This document shows positions 14,651-29,089 of a DNA stretch of 64,000 bases, in pieces. The translations under genes were made by a program, and so were the position numbers. This DNA comes from Octopus vulgaris (lineage: Eukaryota): positions 146,754,001 through 146,818,000 of the forward strand of contig OX597814.1 of the NCBI GenBank assembly GCA_951406725.2. The letters run 5' to 3'. The number at the start of each line of letters is the position of its first letter. The first letter of the stretch is position 1. The notes beneath the pieces were generated by a model. The model saw only the letters and a program-made list of their open reading frames with translations, had not been told where the DNA came from and did no database searches.

Positions 14651-14684
14651 ATCAACATTTTTTTCTGTCATGTTTCCAAATGAA

Positions 14685-14937
14685 GTGTTTAGAGGTTTTA
14701 TGGCTTGTGGTTCGTTCATGGTTCCGATTCCTGGCAGTATGGTGTTTTCTTGAACAAAAGACTTAATTTAACGTTGTTACATTCCACTCAACAGTAAATT
14801 GTTAAAACTGTGACCGTATGGCCTTCCGGTCACGTGGTATGTTGGCCTGCTTCGGCATGACGTCATTCGAAAGCTAAAACAACGCTGAAGGTATTGTAAT
14901 GAGCGTACATCACAACATCCGCTAGTCAGGTCGATAC
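14685..14937 (+). mobile_element. Probable degenerate tRNA-derived SINE (different family)
   Basis: B-box-like ggttccgattcctggc (~14720-14736) followed by ttcttgaacaaaagacttaattt, then a GC-richer body ending in aagctaaaacaa. Confidence 0.45.
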
Positions 14938-15741
14938 TGCAGCACTATGATATGTACATAAACTTATATATACATGCATTTATGTGTGTGTATGTACGTG
15001 TGTTTCTATACTTTAATGTGTATCTATACTTTAATGATTATGTTTACGTTATGAAAACAATTTTACATTAAATTCTAGGGTTTCTCAATACATATGATAG
15101 AGAAGAAATTTATTATTCTTTAACAAGAATAGATTTGATATTGGTTTCGAAGTTTCCGCCTCTTGAGTTGCTATCGAGCTGTCCGATGATAGGTCAGCAG
15201 CGCAAACGTTGAAGACACTGTCAATATTAACCTTCTTGAAGTATAACCCCCCCATAAACGCACACACACACTTACGTATGTAAGTGTGTAGACTTGTTTG
15301 CGTGTGTGTATATGGGTACGTACATGTAAATGTATGTTTATGCAGTGACATGTGTATCTGCTTGAGTTGTATATATAACTGTTACTCTGTCGAAGTTTGT
15401 ATATATATATATATGTTCTTTTTACCGCCGTCTAAGGATGAATCGATACAATGTCTTAGATACAGACATGCAAATACAAACATACCTATACACATGCCCA
15501 TATATGTATATATACGTACATGCATATACACGCTCATACACACGCACACATACACACACAGAAACACGAGAAAATACACATACGTACATACATATAAATC
15601 TATGTACACTCATACTATATATAATTCTATTATTATATATCAATATCATGCATCTCAACATGTATATACGAATTTCTACATGTGAATGAGAAAAGGAGGT
15701 GATTATGGATGGGTACTCGCAAGTGGGATCCGGGTTTTATA

Positions 15742-16080
15742 CCATTCCGATTTACGGTTGTGGGTGGCTTTGTACTCCTGTATAGAGACAGCTTCTGTGA
15801 CTTCTATCTGTATTGGCATCGGTGGCATATGTAGATAGGATATCTAATCTAAGTATCCCTACGGAGCCACTGTGGCAGTCTAGAGTATGCTGATAGAAAA
15901 TGGAGTTCAGTTTTTTCTCAATGAATTTATCCAGGTGTTCTTTGAAACTATCATTTATGCTCCAAGATATCTCACCGATTTAGGACTCTGGGGGGACCTC
16001 ATAAGTTCCTTTCTGGTACATAATTTGGTATACATTGCTCTTCGTTTTACAGCTTACATGTGGGTTTGTAGAACATACTA
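15742..16080 (-). mobile_element. Penelope-like element relic: GIY-YIG endonuclease domain
   Basis: Minus strand, with frameshifts: KTKSNVYQIMYQKG...*IGEISWSINDSFKEHLDK...FYQHTLDCHSG...LDILST...VTEAVSIQEYKATHNRKSEW. This matches the VYxI / YIGET / RxxEH / E / N layout of PLE GIY-YIG domains. Confidence 0.75.
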
Positions 16081-18007
16081 CACAATTATTTTGACACGCG
16101 ATTCTATCAAATGGTTATGACTTAATATACATTTGGCTTACAAATGTCTTCCCTACTTAATGTATTTACTGATTTAGCATAAATATGTCAATATGTGAAT
16201 CTAGGTTGCACGTCGTTGTCAATCTCGAAGACGTGCGAAACACATCTTGCTACTAAATATCATTTTACCTACCGCTGATATATATCGTGATTCTAACACA
16301 ACGGGTCTATGACGAAGTTTTCTGTAAGACATGCCTATCAATACTCTATAAGCGTTTGGTACGATATAACTTTTGTGCTTGCAAATGAATGCTGTCTCAA
16401 GTACTGCGAATGTAATGCACACACACACAAACACACATACATGCACATAAACACACAAACTGACACACATATACGCATGCAAAAGGTGCGTTTGTGTTTT
16501 AGTGCGTGTGCGTATATGTGTGCGCATGGCAATGTGCGTGTGTGTTATGTTAGTATTTGAGAAATATATAAATACGTGTGTTTGTGTGGCTGTTTAATCA
16601 CTAAAACCGAGCTATAAAAAATCAACTCAAAATAACGCCTACAAAAGATTCGAAATGTTTAAATAACGATTAACTATGTATAATATAATCACTCTTCTCA
16701 TTTATATTTCTCTTTTCGCCAGATTCAAACTGAATATGTGCCCCGAAGCCATAATTATGTATACCGATTCCATTTTGGTTTTAAGAGCTATAATAGCTGG
16801 CTTTGCGAAATAGAAACTGGTTTAAAAGTGTTTTTGCATATTTGAATACTATACCATGTATAATATTTATTCAAACACTTTTGCGTTGATATAGGTGCAT
16901 AATTACTTTGCAGCATTCAAAGCCGTTATTTATTGGATATATAATTTTCTGCATTTATCTTTGAAGTAATGTGCTGCCCATTTTGCATGAATGTTCTTAA
17001 AAGTTTAGAAAATCATCGATATGTTTGGAATAGATTATAGAGGAAATTATATGAGAAAGGATCATCATTCTATATTTCTTTGACTGTAATGTTTTATAAT
17101 TACGCAAGAATAAGCAGCATATAATAGTAATGGACACTAAGGTTTATCGAATATAAATTCACTCACTAATTTTCAGCTGAACTCTGAAATTTTTGAAATC
17201 ATAAATATTTAGTCTATACTTTATGATAATAGAATATTTCAGAAAACGTTTATTCTCAAGAATTTTACTTGTGTACTCCAGATACAAATATACATTTATA
17301 TAAAACTAACAACTACTTTATGGTAACATTTGGCACCGTACACTTTCTTTGATATAAAATGTGTAGTATTTAATTTTCTTCTTTATGGTCGGTAATATTG
17401 TAAGTGATATACAGACATTACTAAGAACCGAGAAATATATATATGTGTGTGTTAGAGAGAGAGAGAGTGAGAGATAGAGGGGGAGAAAGAGAAAGGGAGA
17501 GAGAGATAGAGAGAGAGAGAAATGCACTTCATATAATTCCATGTAATATTTTGAAAAAAAAAACACAAAAGCGATTTCTTAATTCCACTTCCACTTATGA
17601 ATATTTATTTCGGAAACGGTATATGTCGTAGTGTTCGATTTTTTCTTTTTTTTTTTTTGATCTCATTGAAAAGCGGGGTCGGTAAGATCACATTAAACTG
17701 TAACGTAGGATACTAGAGAAGGAAAAACACTGAAGGAATTATAGACAATTTCTGTTGTTGGTAAAATAACCTACTATTTAGTGACGAAATAAATAATATT
17801 TTATTTTCAAAGGTCAATTTATTATTAATGCTGTATCATCGAAATTAAGTAATACTGAAATAGTGAAGGCTATACATGATAGCATCTCCACAATTTCGAT
17901 CCCTCATACCTCTGCTAAGGAAGTATATTATTAGGGTAAACCCAGTGTAATGGCAGATAGTCCATCATATTTTGTCTGAGGACCTCACGATTCTATCAAT
18001 CTAACAC

Positions 18008-18071
18008 CTTTAAAATAAATGACTTTAAAATGACTTTAAAATAAATGACTTTAAAATGACTTTAAAATAAA
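18008..18071 (+). repeat. Higher-order minisatellite (26-bp unit made of 15+11-bp subunits)
   Basis: tttaaaataaatgac-tttaaaatgac repeated ~2.4 times. Confidence 0.93.
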
Positions 18072-18439
18072 CATGTGAAAAGGATATAGAATATAGAAAG
18101 TACGCGTAATTTCAAGGCTATTTACTACTATATTAAGCGTGATTTACAATTTTATTACACATAACGATGGTTACGTAATCACAATAGTATAATCAATGTA
18201 TTTACTACAGAACGAAGCCCAAATGCTAGGAAAACAGTAACTGTTGTTCCTTTTGTTGTTTAGGATAAAATATATTTATAATTTAATATATTCCATTCAG
18301 TTATTGCGTGCTACTGGTTATATTAGTCAATGCTTTCTTTTCTTTCTTTCATTGACATTGTATTACAGACAGCATACTTAAAGTGTCGTTCAATCCCACT
18401 CCTCAACACTATTTAAATATCCTTAGAAATTACTGACTG

Positions 18440-18700
18440 TTACAACCATTTGAGCCAGTTGTTTCATCAGAGTATTTATTCATCCTTCCCACCAACCAAT
18501 CTTGGATGCTCTGAACAGTGTCATGCGCAATTCTCTTTGTCCTCTGAGAGAGTTATTGCAACCAAAACCAAATACAACAGCAGCTTATGCCGTTCCTTAT
18601 ATGGGAAAAAAATCGCTCCTATAAGTGCATCTGTTCTTTCACAAAGATGGCATTCTTCATATAGATTCCTGGTAATTCGAAAACTAGGCAAAACATGCGA
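18440..18700 (-). mobile_element. Possible L1/Tx1 ORF2 relic
   Basis: Minus strand ...RGQRELR...HCSEHPRLVGGK resembles the FLWxG...HPxxGGLG post-RT motif. Very degenerate. Confidence 0.3.
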
Positions 18701-20624
18701 GATGATTTTTGCTAGTGTATATTGTCACACAATGGGAAGTTGATATTGTTCTTAATTACAGGAACAAAAAGCTGATTTTTAAATTGCAAACATTTGTACT
18801 GTACTCACATTATAGGTAAAACGTCTTGTTTCCAGATGCAAAATTGGGACTAGTACATTCAATGATCATAATCTAAATATTACCTTTCGGAAAGTTTATT
18901 CGGAAGTCCATTGATGACGATGGTAAGCCACAACTTTCACTTGTTTCCTTATCTCTCTCTCTTCTCTGTATCAGTGAAAGCGGGGACACCAACTCCTGGA
19001 GTGTCCATTGTTATGTAAATAATTCTACACTTCAGTATTAAATCTAAATTTTCTAGTCAAATATATTTTCCGAAATGCAACTTATAAAAAATATTCACCA
19101 ACCGCATAAAAAATAATTTGAAAACAGCTTGCAACAAGGATGGCATGGCTATATTTATCTCCTACTGCACACTCCTGAAGCTTAAACAACATACAAATAT
19201 TTCATCTTTACTACCTATCAGATATCTTCAGCGTAGAAGAATCAAAACCATAGAGACTGAAATTTCCTTCATGTTCATAACATATTCATTAATTGTCTCA
19301 AAGACACACAACTATTTCCTTATGTATCTAGTGCAATGGAACAATGATATATATATATCACTCGCACATCGGAAGTTGCTGCCACATCTTACAGACTGCC
19401 TCACAAGCAAGGTGATATGAGGATAATATGCTACTCCAGTAAATCCCTTAACTTGGTTTACACTAGTATGGGTCATATATATGTATGTGTGTGTATATGT
19501 GTGTGATGCATATCCGTGTGTGTCTGTGCATGTTTGTGAGTGTGTTTGTATTCTTTCGTAGTTCACGTTTATCACTTTGGATCTTATTATTTACTAGTTA
19601 CACATGTTTGATTCTGTGTCAGTTTTGTTCAATTAATCCTGCATAAATCGTTACTTTTTCTATGGCTACCCATATTGTTCACATCCAAGCTTTGTCCTAT
19701 TCTCCGCACGCAGTTTTTCTCTGTAATTTTCTCCCGGCCCTGCTTTACTCGTAGCATTTAACTAGAAAAAGGTCAACAAGAAACAATAACCAGGTGAATT
19801 CCTCTATTCTCGGTGTGTCTTCGAGGAACATACATACATTTCCTGCGTTACTACATGTAGCAATATATCTAATATGACTCTTCGATGTATGGGGCTATAG
19901 TGTAACTAGGAGATAGAGATGCGTCAGTCTAATATGAATGCTTGAAGGTGCTCATCCTTGCGATAGGTTTGGTCAATAAACACTGATCCAGGGATTTACA
20001 ACCACAGGTTCTTACACATTTTCGGAGTTACTTTTATATAAATGATATAATCTTTATAAATTGCATTAAGCTTTGGAAAAATTGATTGCTCCTCACGGTT
20101 CATGATAATCGTTAACCTAATTATTAAGACTAGTAGACATATTTTGTCTTCTGAAATGCAAAATATTTATTCACTTAGAGATTTATTGGAAAGTTTGCCT
20201 TTAAACATTTATATATAAATTACTAAGAGCATTGGCTATTTGAAACTTATGCATTGATACATTCAAATAGACATTTCGTGCCTGTCAAATAGATAACCAA
20301 TAGAACATATTTCTAAAGAGCAATTATATATTCATCTCTGAGAAATATAATTGTCAGTGGTAATTATCATATAAGCATAGCTATGTAGCATGATCGACTG
20401 ACTATAACAACACACTTCGTCTATAAATCTAATTCTCACGTTATATTACAGAAACAGTGAGGTAATATGATATGATTATAACAAAGAATGGAATGGGACA
20501 TTCATTTAGGAAATTTACATACATGAAGGATTGATATTCACTGCTGTCTAGACATACACATGTGTAAACATATACATATATATATATATATATACACACA
20601 TATATGTGTGTATATGTATATGTA

Positions 20625-20682
<58 letters not shown>

Positions 20683-20685
20683 CAT

Positions 20686-20771
<86 letters not shown>

Positions 20772-22081
20772 GAAACTTCGAAAATGATGCGTGACGTTCG
20801 ATCATATAATAGTATAAATAATATATAAATGTATACATGTATACATAAATATATGTATGTATATATGCTTATATTTATATATGCTTATATTTATATATTA
20901 TTTATATTATTATTATATATACATATATACGCATATATAAATATGCATATGTGGATGTGTGATTGTCTGTGTGTGTGTGTGTGTCTGAATTTATGTGATG
21001 AAAATTATGATGCCACTTGCAGTTGATATACTTCAAATATATACTTATTCTATTTTGATAATTTTGACAGGAAACCCAATGTTCTCGACAGGCCAATTAT
21101 TACGAACGATCTTTCAATAGAGCGATAACTATCGTCAATTTTCACTGGGTTCTTCAGGCTTCTCCGAAGATTACTTAAATCACTACTATTAACACTACAA
21201 AAGCAACACAATCATGGAAATACACGTGCCGCAGCATTTGGCTGCATCATTAACTAACGCACCTATTGGTTATGTCCAAAAGTTCAATAACACACGCGTG
21301 CATACACAAACAAATGTGTACAATAAGGCAACACCAATATAAATGTTGCGTACATACATACATACAAACATATACATACATATACGTGTATGTATGCATA
21401 TTTTAAAGAAAGTTTTTGGATAATATAATTCGAGTGATTATACGTAAGACTTGTACATTAATTACCAGCAAATTAAATCCTTATGATAGACAAAATTGTG
21501 CAAATATTCATAATATATTAGAAGAAATCGATTACTGTGTATATTAAAATAAAGTTTTCGAAACATAGCCCTTAATGTCTTCATCTTTATCTATAAAGAG
21601 CTAAATATTTGTATATGTGTAATGCTGTAATGCTGTAAATATATACGTAGAGATTTTAGCAGACAATTTATGTAACATATTGAATCCGGTGCGTTTAATC
21701 ACCTTGTCTGTCGGCAGCTTATTTCCGATAAAGTGAAGCGTTTCACATTTGTCTTGCCCCTAACATGAACGCGAAAATCTCTTCATATAATCTATAGTTT
21801 AGTATAGTATAATATTGGAATAAAACATTACTTCAATACTATTAAAATTGCTAGTTTTCTTAATATATAACCCCGCTAATGTCAACGTTTTAGTTATCGG
21901 TTGACTATCAATACTGATGCATATTGTGCATAATGCTTAAAGACAGCTTGTGCATGTATACAGGGAAACATTTACATATATGCTCACTCATCTACGCATA
22001 GTTGTGCATTTTTCTCTCTCCATCTCTTTCTTTATTTCCACATGCATGCACATATATATGCAAATATATATATATGTATAC

Positions 22082-22119
<38 letters not shown>

Positions 22120-22140
22120 AGATATATGCATATATATATG

Positions 22141-22215
<75 letters not shown>

Positions 22216-23623
22216 TTATTAAACTCAGTCGTTCATTTCCATATATATGTGTTTGTGCGCTTGCATGTGAGTTATATTATCATACATCCATATTTGCATT
22301 TATCAACAATACATATATACCTGATATTGATTACTCATTCAAATGCTATTTTTAAACATTAATATTAGTTATAACGTTTAGTTGATATCAAACTTTGAAA
22401 GTGGATAAAACACTATCACATTTCGGATAATACATAATTAACATTTAGAGAAGACGAGCAGAATATTTATTCTCGAACCATGTTTGATATTACTTTCACT
22501 CTGCTTATGAAATGAATCAAATCTTTTAGATAATGTGTACAACACTGAATCAAGTTACATGCATTTCGTGTCCAGCTTTCTTGCAGCATACTCATACAGT
22601 ATAACATTCACTATCAGTGCATTTAGCTAGCGTAAGCATGTTGATATACAATTAAGTAATGGTTTACATATCGCAAACTATGAATGACCTGCCAATTAAT
22701 AACTAACTGGACGATATCAATTGTTGTAACTCGTTCTTTAATCTCACGCCTGTAGCTAACTTTTGGGGGTATTTATGTATAAACATAACCCGCTTCATCC
22801 CAAAGTATCACAATCACTTGACATGAAAGAGCGTCAATGTATCTAATGCCATAAAATTTTCGCTGCAATGATATCAAAGTTTTCATAAGGTTTTAATACT
22901 GGTAATAATCACAATGGTTTAATTGTAATTCCAGTATAAACAAATACAAGAAAACAGGTTCATAGATGGTAAACAATTTCTAAATTTATTACATAGCAAT
23001 AAATACTATAAATTAATGAAGCCATATTTCGCTCTTCTAGAGAATAAGCTTAGATATATTTCCAGCAGATGAAGTGCATTTCCTCAATCACAACAAGAAA
23101 ATAAGAAGCAAGTGACATATCATTTGCGCATATGAAAAAAAGACAGAGAATGTCACAGTTTTATTCACTGCAATGTTATTTCCACATAATATCCAGCTAA
23201 TGAAAATGCATCTGCTTATTTGTTGATTTCGTGACTGCATTAGGGATTACAGGGTACACAGAAGGGTTTGAAAGATGAGCTACTGAAGAGTAAATGGAAG
23301 TGCAAATGAAGTAACATTCAACTAAAGTAGGGCACATAGATAACTATATATATATTTATAGTTTCTAAACGAGAAACATATTCTCCGTATTGAATACACT
23401 TCGTAATGTTTAAGAGATTTAAACGTGATCAGGTAGAGGAGTAAATATAAGGATAAGCAAGCTACGCAAGTCCATATGCAAAAAAACATTAAATACATTT
23501 AATCCCAAAAAATGTATGTATGTTTACATTTAAAATCGTCCAAATTACGCAAAATAGAAATGATATCCCAAATTAAATCGGTTGAATAAGATTTTAATGA
23601 GTCCAAAAGCAGTTTCTGGTAGA

Positions 23624-23702
23624 TAATACCAGCCTCCGTCTTCAGGGAAGAATTTAATACCTCAAATGTAATACTCTACCCTGAAGACGGATGCTGGTAT
23701 TA
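23624..23702. repeat. Inverted repeat, 28-bp arms (2 mismatches), 23-nt spacer
   Basis: taataccagcctccgtcttcagggaaga (23624-23651) vs tctaccctgaagacggatgctggtatta (23675-23702). Confidence 0.95.
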
Positions 23703-23996
23703 CCCGATGATTGAATCAATTGAGAATCATTATTTCGGACACCAAGCACCCACAAAAAGCTGTTGGATTCCTAAAACACTTATTTATTTTTTGTATTACT
23801 GATATCATTTCCATTCTGTGTAATTTGTACCTTTATATACGTAAACATATATACAATTTTTTGTATTAAATGTATTTAATATTTTTTGCATATCGACTAA
23901 CCTAACTTGCTTATCTTTACATTTACTCAAACTCTATATGTGTGTGCGTGCGTTTGTGTTTGTGTGTGTGTGTGTGTGTATAAATATATGTATAAA

Positions 23997-24060
<64 letters not shown>

Positions 24061-24367
24061 CTAATAATAGTTCTTATTCTCAATCAGTAGAGCTTTTGGA
24101 TCGGTTCCAGGCAAGATGTAAATCATGTACACTTTCCAAAAATTGTTGTTTGGAGAGAGGAGACCACATAAAAATTAGATGGCGAAGGTAACCATTACAA
24201 TTATGCCTACTAAGGACATGATAATATGCATATTTCAGAGGATCATCCTGCTAACTTATCAGTCGTTGCAGTAAGGTGTTGCTTATCACTAAATTGTTTA
24301 ACTGGAGAATACCTTTTTGACGCGAGTGGCTGTGATCCCATTTACTATATACATACATTTATATATG

Positions 24368-24423
<56 letters not shown>

Positions 24424-24424
<1 letters not shown>

Positions 24425-24532
24425 TTATAGAAGGAGCTTCTACAGGACTAGAACTGTTTCATTCAAACTAAGCTTCCTGATGATTTCATTTGAATGAAAC
24501 AGTTCTAGTCCTGTAGAAGCTCCGTCTATAAA
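24424..24532. repeat. Inverted repeat, 44-bp arms (43/44 match), 21-nt spacer
   Basis: 24424-24467 is the reverse complement of 24489-24532 with one mismatch. It sits between (TA)n tracts. Confidence 0.97.
24471..24521 (+). ncRNA. Type I hammerhead ribozyme (near-canonical)
   Basis: Stem I agcttc (24471-76)/gaagct (24516-21). Core CTGATGA 24477-83. Weak stem II ttc-attt-gaa with a U.U closing mismatch. GAAA 24496-99. Stem III A-CAG/CTG-T with loop ttctagtc. Cleavage triplet GUA 24513-15. Confidence 0.75.
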
Positions 24533-24603
24533 GTAAATTAATTTACTCTGATATGTATTGAGTACCTTATTTACTGTGGTTAACCCCGACTCAACGCGGG
24601 ACC

Positions 24604-24668
<65 letters not shown>

Positions 24669-24797
24669 TAACTTAGAGATAAAACTACTACTAGGCAACT
24701 CAAATTTGATTTAATCCTAAATCTAATTTTTCCCTGTAAGTTTGGATATTCTCCCTAATATTATATATATATATATAAATGTGTATATGTAACATAA

Positions 24798-24843
<46 letters not shown>

Positions 24844-25338
24844 GTGTGTGTGTGTGTGTATGTGTTTGTATATATATATATATATATATATACGAATATA
24901 ATATTTATTATTATTATATATATGTGTGTGTGTGTATACATACACAATTTAGAAGCACACTACTACACACGTGTATGCACCATAACTGCTCATATATGAT
25001 TATGCATATAAACTCACTTAAACATATATGCGCGTACACATGCGGTTGAATATTTGTGTGTGTGTGTGTTTATGTATATATCTATAAGACCGCGGTTGTG
25101 TAAATAGATAAACATTAGGGTATGACAAATATTTGCAGTTATTTCTATCTTTTTTCAATTATATTGTCACTAAGATACTTTCAATATTGCTTTTAAATAC
25201 CTAATTTCGCTTTGAGACAATGCCCATGTATGATATTCAAATTTAGTTTTAGATTTTGCACTGTATTCATTGTGTGTAGGAAGAGGCGGAAAGAGCGAGA
25301 ATTGAAGAAATGTACGGACAAAATAGCACACACGCACA

Positions 25339-25382
<44 letters not shown>

Positions 25383-25593
25383 AAGGCACACACAAGCACA
25401 CTCGTACGAAGAGACATGCACGCAGGTGTTTGTGTTTGTAATTTTATTTATATTTATACACGGACGCACAAACATATATTCTATACAAATATATATATGT
25501 ACACACAGACACACACATACACACACGTACCTAATACATTGCTTAATGTTTAGATATACATATAGATATACGTAAGTCATATCTAAAGGCATA

Positions 25594-25659
<66 letters not shown>

Positions 25660-25854
25660 GTGCGTGTATTTGTATATGCGAAGTTGGGTGAGCGTGTGTG
25701 TTTGTTAGTATCTCTACCTTCGTGGTTCCTATGTATGTTTATATGTATATATGTATCTGTGTAAGTGTGTATGCATTTATGCGTGTATCTATGTATGTAG
25801 ATATATATGTAGATATGAATATATATATATGTGTATATATATATTATATGTATA

Positions 25855-25910
<56 letters not shown>

Positions 25911-27039
25911 CAGTACATTCGCACACACATTTATGCATACATACATACTCATATACATATAAACATATAGATAGATAGTTAGATATATTCATGCGATATA
26001 ATCCTTCGCTTGTCTGTGTGTGCGTGTGTGTGTGCGCGCGCGCGTGTGTGTGTGTGCGCGCGCGCGCGTGTGTGTGCATCTATACGACTTTCTATGCTTG
26101 TGCGTTCAGCGACACGTTCGCACACGCAAACATGTATATTGATGATATATATTTTTCGTTTTTGACTAATTTCCGTTTATTCTTGACATATTCCATATCC
26201 GAGGAAATCATTTTTATTTATTCTTCATATATATATTTTTTAAGTTGTTTCAATTCAATTTTCCGTGAGATAAAGAGCTTAGCGGACTTTAATTAAAATG
26301 TCAAACTTTTGATTCTCTGCTCTTAATTGTATCTTTTGCTGTTCACCCCATTTTTATCCGCCAACTTTACGATGTCGCTTTTATCATTCATTATATCTTT
26401 GTAATAAAATTGTGGTATTGTTTTGTTGTTATTGTTTATTTGTAATTTTGCTACGTCACTTTATTTCATTTTTTGAAATTTTATTCATATATTGTTACTT
26501 TTTAATATATTTCATTCAACCAATCATTCTAAGAAAGGCTACTTATTTTTATATTAGTATTCTATTATTGAAATACTTATTTATTTATTTATTTATTTAC
26601 TTAATATTAAACGCACAAATATGGAGAACGCATGGCTGACAGCTAACTACTCACATGCATGCAGTATCTCACAAGCACATACACAGATATACATATGTAT
26701 GTAAAATATTTTAACGCATACATATGCAATATATATACGTATGTTTGCAAGTATGTATAAATAAATATATATATATATATATATAAGTTGCTATGTACGT
26801 TTGGAGGTATGCAGGCATGTATTGCACCCCTACAATATTAATTTATTATTCAGTAGCCATTATTCAATCCCAGAAAATAAAATATATTTAGCATATCAGG
26901 AGTCCAATATCCTAATTCCATATGTGTATATGGTTATTTATTGTATGATTTATAGGAACTCAGAAATGGTAAAACCTTGACTTTGCTTCTCTCTTCTTCA
27001 TTCTCAACATTCATCTTCATCGACATCTACATTCTCAAT

Positions 27040-27500
27040 AGTTTAACAGATCCATGTATGTGACTTAACATCACTTGAATTAAAGGAAAGCTGAAAACAG
27101 ATGGAACTATTCAGAATGTCCTACAGAAACGTTCCGGATGACCAGGTGCATCGGCAATCTTCATGGAGCAATAAAGCGACTACAGACGCATTGCCAGATT
27201 TAAAGAAAATATTTATAGCAACCGAATTGTGAAATAAGGTTTTTAAAATCAAACTTTCGTCACATCTCAATGCGCTGTCATAGAAAAATTTACTTTCCCA
27301 TAATAGTTTATGTTTTCAAAGAGTAGAGTTTTCCGAGTCGTTCTTGGCAAGATGTGTAAAAGATGTATACATAACAACAAATATTGTTTGGAGAGATAAA
27401 GTCACGTATATATTAGATGGCTAAGTTAACCTGCACAATTGTTCCTACTGTTATTACAGAGGGACATGATACTAAATTATCAGGCATTATAGTTCAGTGT
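27040..27500 (-). mobile_element. Tigger/pogo (DDE_1) transposase relic, C-terminal part
   Basis: Minus strand VALLL...ADAPGHPE (~27130-27180) resembles LLLDNAPGHP. A degenerate QPLDQGVI-like segment follows, and IMSLCNNS...IY precedes it. Heavily decayed. Confidence 0.55.
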
Positions 27501-28100
27501 GACTCATCTCCAAATGGACTAACTGGAGATTTCTTTTTTGAAGGTACTGTGATTGATCTCATTTTACTTGAACTTAATGCGACAACATGTCATGCCAAAT
27601 ATTCAAATGGGCTTTGAAGGTGGGGAGTTATATTTCCAACAATGTGTGGCACTTCCTCATTCCTTTACAACTGTAAGAGACGACCTGAAAATCTAGACAA
27701 AGCAGTGGATTGAACGAAAAAGTTTAGCATAATACCATACACGTTCACTGGACTCAAACCATTTAACACTATTCTTTTTATTGAAATACATAATGCAGAA
27801 CGTTCATGTCACAAAATGGCAGCGCCAAACAAACTGGAGTCACACATTGTAGAAATACACACAAACATCAAGGGAATTGTGTTCCTTGATACTGGCGATT
27901 CAATTGCATCGCGTTATCAGCATGGCTTGGAATATATCAATTATGAATTTGAAACCAGCTTTACAACAAATAATTAAGTTCTGGCTTTAGATTCTATTAA
28001 ATATTGGAAATGACATCTATCTTCACAAATACTGACTTATAATCATTCAGTATGTACGCTGTTTGGGACGGTCTGTGATTTGGAAATGTTATACGGAAAG

Positions 28101-28120
28101 TTACTACTACTACTACTTCA

Positions 28121-28205
<85 letters not shown>

Positions 28206-28222
28206 TTACTACTACTACTATC
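28101..28222 (+). repeat. (TAC)n trinucleotide microsatellite
   Basis: Near-perfect tactac run; source of the poly-Y, poly-L and poly-V ORFs. Confidence 0.98.
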
Positions 28223-29089
28223 ACCATCAATTCTGTGTTTTAGCGTGTTATGTAATGGTCACCGTTCTCCCCAGTTGAGAGCAAAGCAGATTATTACCAA
28301 GTTTTACCGGAGGGTAGTCGTACGTTCCTCAGAATATGTTATCAAGCAATTCAGTCAATTTACCTTGGGGTGGATAAATGTTTTCTATTTGAACAGTTTA
28401 TATTCAATACACTATTTTCAACTTGGCTTGTGTCTCTGGTGCAGTAGTCAGCGCTTTAAAGACCAAATCTGTTGCGCAGTATATGTTGCCAAGAGAATAA
28501 TAAGATTGAAAATTGTAGAAACATAAATTTATATCTACTAAATAGTATTACGAAATTTAAACAAGTTGATGCATTCAGATACACAAATGCTGCCACACTG
28601 AAAATGATATAAAAAGTGATGGTAATTATAAATCTAAATACATTTGTGAAGACACAGTTAGCAACGATAAAATATTTGACAATGGAGGCAGTAACAATAA
28701 AAGCATTTGTAGTGTTACTAGCCAGGATTTGTGGGAAATAAATAATGGATATCTCTTCAAAAACTGGAACAATTTGCGAAGAAAAAATGATGTTCTATAC
28801 AATGAATTGTAAAGAGTAAATCGATGTGTTTTCTCACTGAAGGCACGTAAGGGTTTGGTATATGGTCTCATACAAATTGTTAAAATACGTCTTTTTCGAT
28901 GTGTGAAATATCTTATGGTGCGTGTGTTTCACCAATGGCTCGTGAGCTGGGGGTCATTTAGAATGAGATACGGATTCCTGACTTACTCCACGATAACCCC
29001 AGCAATCTGAGTTGCAATATAAGTAGAAAAGACTTTGGAGAAAAAACTGGTTACTTATCCATTTAGTTGTGGTCTGCAGACTCAGTAAC

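Noticed and set aside
27417-27617. 66-aa plus-strand ORF
   Set aside because: Overlaps, antisense, the transposase relic; no motif.
27997-28526. Poly-Leu, poly-Val and poly-Tyr ORFs resembling signal or membrane peptides
   Set aside because: Frames of the (TAC)n microsatellite.
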